This document shows, in pieces, positions 55,991 through 64,000 of a DNA stretch of 64,000 nt. The notes under the pieces were generated by a model. The model was given only the letters and a program-made list of their open reading frames with translations. It was not told the origin of the DNA and ran no database searches. The DNA lies in the NCBI GenBank assembly GCA_002104905.1, contig MCFE01000493.1, positions 1-64,000 of the forward strand, read 5' to 3'. The stretch's first letter is position 1. Every line of letters starts with the position of its first letter. The stretch is from Basidiobolus meristosporus CBS 931.73. Taxonomy: Eukaryota > Fungi > Basidiobolomycota. Made by a program: the position numbers and the translations under genes.

Positions 55991-58642
55991 AACTTCTGTA
56001 GCACTCTCTCAATGTGCACTTATGTATGTGGCCTCCTTAATACATACATTAATACCAGTTCTTGTGTGATATAGTAGTAACTCTTATGACTTTTGTGAAT
56101 CCAGGAATTAGTAAATACCTGTACTGTGGCCAACCATTTCACACTTTTGGAATTCCAAATCTGAGAATTTACATCAAGATAATAGTTGCAAATGGCTCAG
56201 GATGATCTGGCAGTATTAATTACTAGTTGGAATTGATTTTTGGAAGTAATCTTGCTGGATGCTTGGCTACTACTGTGGAATTACAGGCATATCACAAAGA
56301 ATAGTAAAGGCCCTGGATTATGCCTGTATATTTTTGGCACCCACCCCAACACAATTATTCAACACACCAAGTCAATAAGCGGAAACCACTTCCAAGGCAT
56401 CACCCACTCCCGTTACAGGATTTTTGTACTTGCCCTCTTATGAGCCACTTGAAGCAATGGGCCTAAAAACATGCGGCAAATAGGCACTAGCTTAAACATT
56501 ACAGAGGCATGATAAAAGGCCAGGTGGAAGATAAGAAAAGTCTTGGTGTCCAGATGTCTTTTGGAGTGGTTGGGGATTTTCGATCTTTGCAGGGTTTCCA
56601 CACCTCGGAAGAAATGGCGGAGTATCCTTGGATGTTGAGGCCAACGGTAAAATTGGTCTCTATATAATGGCCAAGCTCACTATCGTGATATGTGTGAATA
56701 ATCGAGCTCCATATCAAGCACTCCCAGCAGTAAGCACACTAGCAAAAGCAGCTTTTACAAATACCCAAGTGGGGTGGCAGAAATTAATGGTCACTTGGTA
56801 AGATATCATCGAAGAATACGTAAGATCGCAAGAGGAGCTCGGCAGGGCTAACTTAGTCGAAAGAAAGCTGGCTTTCAATTGGCTACACTACCAAGAGTGC
56901 CAAGTGAAATTGTGGAATGCAGACAAAAGAAACTGGTCCTTGCATCTGGATTTGACTGGATCACCACATGAAGACCAATTCCAAACATTGAAAGATTGAA
57001 ATGGCCGGATCAAGTACCGTGATAAGCAAAGGTGCTGTACTCTGGAAAACCATTGATGTTTCTATTCCCCAGATTAACCATCGGGCATGTACAATATGAT
57101 GACTGCGCACTTCCAACTGTTCCTATGGAACAACTGCTTGTAGAGTAGGCAGATGATCGCAAATTGGGCGATTTGAGGTTTTGAAAATTTTATGCCAATT
57201 ACAGCTCTCGGAATTGCCCAGGAAATAAGTGACTCAGGGTAAGAATTCCAATACTCCGACCGTAAACATGCTATGACATCAGGTACAAATGGCTTATTGC
57301 GATAAATAAGTACAACCAGTTCTCTGGGCCCTAAATCAGTATTGTTACGCTGAATATACATCAGGGCCTGATAATTGGGTCACCGACCAATGCTTAAAAT
57401 CAATTTATCTAGAAGTCAAGCTAGCCAAAAAGGCTAATCACATCCGAAATAGCCAATAGTCTAAACCCTGCTGATCAGTTTCAGATGTTCCTTCATTTTT
57501 GCCACGTCTGATTTTTATGCGCTGATCTGAGAACAGTTAACACGTGTAGCCGAATGCGGGATCGCGTCCTATATTGGGGAAAATCCAACACCATCAACTT
57601 GAGGGTTACCAACAAATTGGTTCATGGCTTTCACGGTGCTCCACGCCAGATTTTGGGAAATCCTTAGAGCGTCTTATCGATACCAATAAGGTAACAATGC
57701 ATTGGTCCAACTATTCATTGGCCATGATTACCTGAGAGCGGTTCTAAGTAATACGCGTACTTGGTAGATGTTGATATTGATATTGATGGACTTTGTCATA
57801 ACAGGACATAAATATTGATAAGTGAACACAGCTGGCCAGATCTGGGATACGTTCGGTTATGGCTTAGTTCGAGACGGTACGATCACAGAAGTATATCACT
57901 CTTGGTCACATTCTCAAATTTCAGGTATTGATATACAAGCTGATCCGAACTTGGACCACAACAGGCCACCATTTATGTGATATTCCGAAAGAAACGGGGT
58001 TACTATAGATTCTTCATTCTTCCCTACATTGTCTAAAAAATCCAATGCGATACTCAACGAAAGAATACACATTTCCCACAATCATTCCTAACTAATAATG
58101 GGTTTGGTTCCAGATATACCGTGGGCATGGTTCTTGGTTGGCTAGCCCAACAAGATATGCCGCTATGATAAAACCGGATAATCCAATGGATCTTACGCAG
58201 TGCACCCTATTTCACGGCCATGCAAAAAATGTTCGTATGCGGGTGAAAGTGGAAATGCATTTCTTTCACAAACCAACCTACAACAGCGAAGTAGTCACCT
58301 TGACAAACTAAACCGCCTCAAACCACATCATAATAGGGTATTTGGGGATAGTTGACTTGAGCCTATTTTTATCTCCCTCACTTAAATATCAGTGGGAGAT
58401 GAGAAATATATGACTTGATTTCATTTCCTCCAGGATGGCTGATGGGGTAATTGGCTAGGCACGGGCGGCTAGGTCTAGTTAGCATTTGCTATGTAGTATG
58501 AAGAAATTTCATACGGCTTCTGTTTATTTAATAAAGAATAAGCTTTCGGTCCACGGGCAAACAGATAGTAAATTTTTAGTCTAACCGGGCCGACAATCTA
58601 TATGTAGGGTACAAACAACCGCCACCTACAGTTCTATGGGAA

Positions 58643-61600
58643 TCACTTCCAATCACAAATAATCGATTGGCCAAGAGTTTTACAAACTGTGCCGCTAGCA
58701 CAATGGTTTTGAATCAAACGACCGTTGCTGCAGACGAAGAAGACTGGTGAAGTACCAGATTGCAGACAACTATACTGCCCGTCAGTGCACACCCCACGGT
58801 GAGTGGTCTTTGCATGGTTTTCTTCCCGCGTAACCGTCACGGTTTGAATATTGTGCAAAGTGACAGTTTGCACAGTGGTAACCGTAACCGGAGTAACATC
58901 AGTGACAGAAACAGTCAGAGTGGCTGTAGCACAGCCCGGGGCACATGTGGTGACAGAGGAAATTGGGAGACCTAAGAAATAAGCAAGTCAGAATGCTGTA
59001 TATATAGTATCATACGAAATACACTTACCGCTTGCCTGAGGAGAATTGGAAATAATGTTGGAAACCATATGGGTACCACCTCCTACAGAAGCAGAAGGCT
59101 GAACAATGACAGTGCGGTCAATTACAGTGTGAACCTTGCCATCTGTCTCCGTAACAGTAACAGTGCGAGCTCCGCTTTCAACGGATACCGTGGGCTGAAC
59201 AGTGACAGTGTAAGCATTACCATCTGTCTGAGTAACGGTAATGGTGCGAACACCACTTCCGACGGAAGCATTAGGCTGAACTATTACAGTGCGAACATCG
59301 CCATGTGTCTCGGTGATAGTAACGGTGCGAGCACCGCTTTCGACAGAACTAGTAGGCTGTACAGTGACGGCACGGTCAACGACAGTATGAACCTTGTCGT
59401 TAGCCTTAGTAATGGTAACAGTACGAGCACCGGTTTCCACGGAAACAGTAGGCTGGACAGTGACTGTGCGAACATTGCCATCAGTCTCAGTAACGGTAAC
59501 GGTGTGAGCACCGCTTTCGACGGATACAGCTGGCTGAACAGAGACAGTGTGGTCAGCGATAGTGTGTACGTTGCCATCTGTCTCGGTAATGGTAACTGTG
59601 TGAGGAGCGCTTTCCACAGAAACAGTGGGCTGAACAGTGACAGCGCGGTCAACCACAGTATGAACCTTGCCGTTAGCCTTGGTGATGGTAACAGTGCGAG
59701 CACCGGTTTCGACGGAAACAGTAGGCTGGACAGTGACTGTGCGAACATTGCCATCAGTCTCAGTAACGGTAACGGTGTGAGCACCGCCTTCGACGGATAC
59801 AGCTGGCTGAACAGAGACAGTGTGGTCAACGATAGTGTGTACGTTGCCATCTGTCTCGGTGATAGTAACTGTGCGAGGACCGCTTTCCAGGGAAACAGTA
59901 GGCTGAACAGTGACAGTGCGGTCAACAACACCGTTAGCCTTAGTAATGGTGACGGTACGAGCACCTGTTTCGACGGACACAGTAGGCTGAACAACGACAG
60001 TGCGAACATTGCCATCGGTCTCAGTAACGGTAAGGGTGCGAGCACCGCTCTCCACGGAAGTAGTAGGCTGAATAGTGACAGTGCGGTCAACGACGGTGCG
60101 TACATTACCGTCAGTCTCAGTAATAGTGACTGTGTGCGCACCGCTTTCGACGGAAACAGTAGGTTGAACAGTGACAGTGCGAACCTTGGCATTAGTCTCA
60201 GTAACGGTAACGGTGCGAGCACCAGTTTCAACAGAAACAGTAGGCTGAACAGTGACGGAGCGCTCAATGACAGTGTGAACCTTGCCGTCAGTTTCGATGA
60301 TAGTAAGGGTGCGAGCACCGCTCTCAACGGAAACTGTAGGTTGCACAATGACAGTGTGGTCAACAACAGTGCGAACCTTGCCGTCAGTCTCAATAATGGT
60401 AACGGTATGAGCACCGCTCTCGACGGAAACAGTAGGCTGAGCAGTGACAGTGTGGTCAACAACAGTATGAACCTTGTCATCAGTCTCAGTAACGGTAAAG
60501 GTGCGAGCACCACTCTCCACAGAAACGGTAGGCTGAACAGTGACAGTACGGTCAACGACAGTGCGAACCTTGCCGTCAGTCTCAGTAATAGTAATGGTAC
60601 GACCACCGCTCTCGACAGAAACAGTAGGCTGAACAGTGACAGTGCGGTCAACAACAGTGTGAACGTTGCCGTCGGTCTCAGTGATAGTAACGGTACGAGC
60701 ACCGCTCTCGACAGAAACGATAGGCTGAACATTGGCCGTGCGGTCAATGACAGTGTGTACCTTGCCATCAGTCTCAGTGATGGTAACAGTGCGAGCACTG
60801 CTCTCGACAGAAACCGTAGGTTGAACAGTGACAGTACGGTCAATGACAGTGTGAACCTTGCCATCAGTCTCTGTTATAGTAACGGTGCGAGCACCACTTT
60901 CGACGGAAACCGTAGGTTGAACAGTGACAGTACGGTCAATGACAGTGTGAACCTTGCCATCAGTCTCAGTAATGGTAACAGTGCGAGCACCGCTCTCGAC
61001 GGAAACAGTAGGCTGAACAGTAACAGTGCGGTCAATGACAGTGTGAACCTTGCCATCAGTCTCTGTTATAGTAACGGTGCGAGCACCACTTTCGACGGAA
61101 ACCGTAGGTTGAACAGTGACAGTACGGTCAATGACAGTGTGAACCTTGCCATCAGTCTCAGTAATGGTAACAGTGCGAGCACCGCTCTCGACGGAAACAG
61201 TAGGCTGAACAGTAACAGTGCGGTCAATGACAGTGTGAACCTTGCCATCAGTCTCTGTTATAGTAACGGTGCGAGCACCACTTTCGACGGAAACAGTAGG
61301 CTGAACATTGACGGTGCGGTCAATGACAGTGTGTACCTTGCCATCAGTCTCAGTAATAGTAATGGTACGGGCGCCGCTCTCGACGGATGCAGTAGGCAGA
61401 ACAGTGAAAGTACGGTCAATGACAGTGTGAACCTTGTCGTCAGTCTCAGTAGTGGTAACGGTGTGAGCACCACTTTCGACGGAAGCCGTAGGTTGAACAG
61501 TGACAGTGCGGTCAATGACAGTGTGAACCCTGCCATCGGTTTCAGTAATAGTAATGGTACGAGCGCCACTCTTAGCGGAAGTAGCAGGCTGAGCAGTGAC

Positions 61601-64000
61601 GGTGCGGTTAACAATAGTGCGAACCTTGCCGTCAGTCTCAGTAATGGTAACGGTGCGAGCACCTCTTTCGACGGAAACAGTAGGCTGAACGGTGATAGTG
61701 CGGTCAATGACAGTGCGAACCTTGCCATCAGTCTCAGTAATGGTAATGGTGCGAGCACCACTTTCGACGGAAACCGTAGGTTGAACAGTGACAGTACGGT
61801 CAATGACAGTGTGAACCTTGCCATCAGTCTCAGTGATAGTAACAGTACGAGCACCACTTTCGACGGAAACAGTAGGCTGAACGGTGATAGTGCGGTCAAT
61901 GACAGTGTGAACCTTGCCATCAGTCTCCGTAATAGTAATGGTGCGAGCACCACTTTCGACGGAAACAGTAGGCTGAACATTGACAGTGCGGTCAATGACA
62001 GTGTGAACCTTGCCATCAGTCTCAGTAATGGTAACGGTGCGAGCACCACTTTCGACAGAAACAGTAGGCTGAACATTGGCCGTGCGGTCAATGATAGTGT
62101 GTACCTTGCCATCAGTCTCCGTAATAGTAATGGTGCGAGCACCGCTTTCGACGGAAACAGTAGACTGAACATTGACGGTGCGGTCAATGACAGTGTGTAC
62201 CTTGCTATCAGTCTCAGTAATAGTAATGGTACGGGCGCCGCTCTCGACGGAAGCAGTAGGCAGAACAGTGACAGTACGGTCAATGGCAGTGTGAACCTTG
62301 TCGTCAGTCTCAGTAATGGTAACAGTACGAGCGCCGCTCTCGACGGAAACAGTAGGTTGACCAGTGACAGTACGGTCAATGACAGTGTGAACCTTGCCAT
62401 CAGTCTCAGTAATGGTAACGGTGCGATCACCACTTTCGACGGAAACACTAGGTTGACCGGTGACAGTGCGGTCAATGACAGTGTGATCCTTGCCGTCAGT
62501 CTCAGTAAGGGTAACAGTGCGAGCACCGCTCTCTACGGAAATAGTATGGTCAATGACAGTGTGAACCTTGTCGTCAGTCTCAGTAATGGTAACGGTGTGA
62601 GCACCACTTTCGACGGAAACCGTAGGTTGAACAGTAACAGTACGGTCAATGACAGTGTGAACCTTGCCATCAGTCTCAGTAATGGTAACAGTGCGAGCAC
62701 CACTTTCGACGGAAATACTCGGTTGAACAGTGATAGTGCGATCAATGACAGTGTGAACCTTGCCATCAGTCTCAGTAATGGTAACGGTGTGAGCACCGCT
62801 CTCGACGGAAACCGTAGGTTGAACAGTGATAGTACGGTCAATGACAGTGTGAACCTTACTGTCAGTCTCAGTAACGGTAACGGTGCGAGCACCACTTTCG
62901 ACAGAAACAGTAGGCTGAACAGTGACAGTGCGATCAATGACAGTGTGAACCTTGCCATCAGTCTCAGTGATAGTAACAGTACGAGTACCACTTTCGACGG
63001 AAACAGTAGGCTGAACACTGACCGTGCGGTCAATGACAGTGTGAGCCTTGCCATCAGTCTCAGTAGTGGTAACGGTGCGAGCACCGCTCTCGACGGAAAT
63101 AGTCGGTTGAGCAGTGATAGTGCGGTCAATGACAGTGTGTACCTTGCCATCAGTCTCAGTAGTGGTAACGGTGCGAGCACCGCTCTCGACAGAAACTGTA
63201 TTCTGAACAGTAACAGTGTGGTCGACCACAGTGTGAACCGTACGAGCACCACTCTTGATGGAAACCATAGGTTGAACGGTTACAGTACGGTCAACAATTG
63301 TGTGTACCTTGCCATCAGTCTCAGTAACGGTAACGGTGCGAGCACCGCTCTCGACGGAAACAGTGGGTTGAATAGTGACGGTGCGGTCAATGACAGTGTG
63401 TACCTTGCCATCAGTCTCAGTAACAGTAACGGTGCGAGCACCGCTCTCCACGGAAACTGTAGGTGGAACGGTTACAGTACGATCAACAATAGTGTGAACG
63501 TTACCGTCAGTCTCAGTAACGGTAACGGTGCGAGCACCACTTTCGACAGAAACAGTAGGCTGAACAGTGACAGTGCGATCAATGACAGTGTGAACCTTGC
63601 CATCAGTTTCAGTAACGGTAACGGTGCGAGCACCGCTCTCGACGGAAACCGTAGGTAGAACGGTGACAGTACGGTCAACAATAGTGTGTACCTTGCCATC
63701 GGTCTCAGTGATTGTGACGGTGCGAGCACCGCTCTCGACGGAAACCGTAGGCTGAACAGTGACAGTACGGTCAACCACAGTGTGAACCTTGTCGTCAGTC
63801 TCAGTAACGGTAAAGGTACGAGCACCACTTTCGACAGAAACCGTAGGTTGGATGGTGACAGTACGGTCAACAATAGTGTGAACCTTACCGTCAGTCGCAG
63901 TAACGGTAACGGTGTGGGCTCCGCTCTCGTCGGAAACTGTAGGTTGGGCGGTAACAGTGTGGTCAACCACAGTGCGAACCTTGCCGTCAGTCTCCGTAAT
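58643..64000 (-). CDS. Giant Thr/Val-rich tandem-repeat protein with C-terminal CBM19-like Cys domain (5' end outside window)
   Basis: The frame is open to the window edge, with ~50 copies of a 32-aa unit TVTITETDGKVHTVIDRTVTVQPTVSVESGAR. Intron 58972-59028 (GTAAGT...TAG). The last exon ends CTDGQYSCLQSGTSPVFFVCSNGRLIQNHCASGTVCKTLGQSIICDWK. Confidence 0.9.

Noticed and set aside
59069-63658. 1529-aa Asn/Ser/Asp-rich + strand ORF, and Leu-rich minus-strand ORFs, over the repeat array
   Set aside because: The + ORF is in exact codon register with the sense gene, so antisense stops need sense TTA, CTA or TCA codons, which the repeat almost never uses. Only the minus-strand T/V frame splices to a Cys domain exon.
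1-64000. CRISPR arrays, rRNA and prokaryotic systems
   Set aside because: No spacer-separated identical repeats and no rRNA motifs; the gene structures are spliceosomal and eukaryotic.

Overview
Eukaryotic, fungal window with many short GT-AG introns. It most likely comes from an early-diverging, Basidiobolus-like zygomycete; this is an inference from gene content, not a database result. A gene-dense core (~6.5-43 kb) holds RRP3, thioredoxin, BNA6, a TCTEX1D2-like dynein light chain missed by the ORF track, an orphan membrane protein, three M14 carboxypeptidases, PEF1, RPA43, VHC1, a PPR protein, MEU1, CARNMT1, PMT1, a subtilisin and a histidine acid phosphatase. Two Ty1/copia islands flank the core (1-5.5 kb and 43.7-56 kb), including one intact element and a very young non-autonomous element nested in a related copy. 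The window ends in the 3' part of a giant Thr/Val-rich repeat protein with a Cys-rich CBM19-like tip. The most notable signal is four near-identical ~179-nt non-coding units. Their flanks are unalignable except for a TCCCA motif at about -53 and a TATA-like box at about -32 to -25. This looks like a multicopy structured RNA gene family with an snRNA-type external promoter, and I cannot match it to any known snRNA or snoRNA. No rRNA, tRNA or CRISPR array was recognised.
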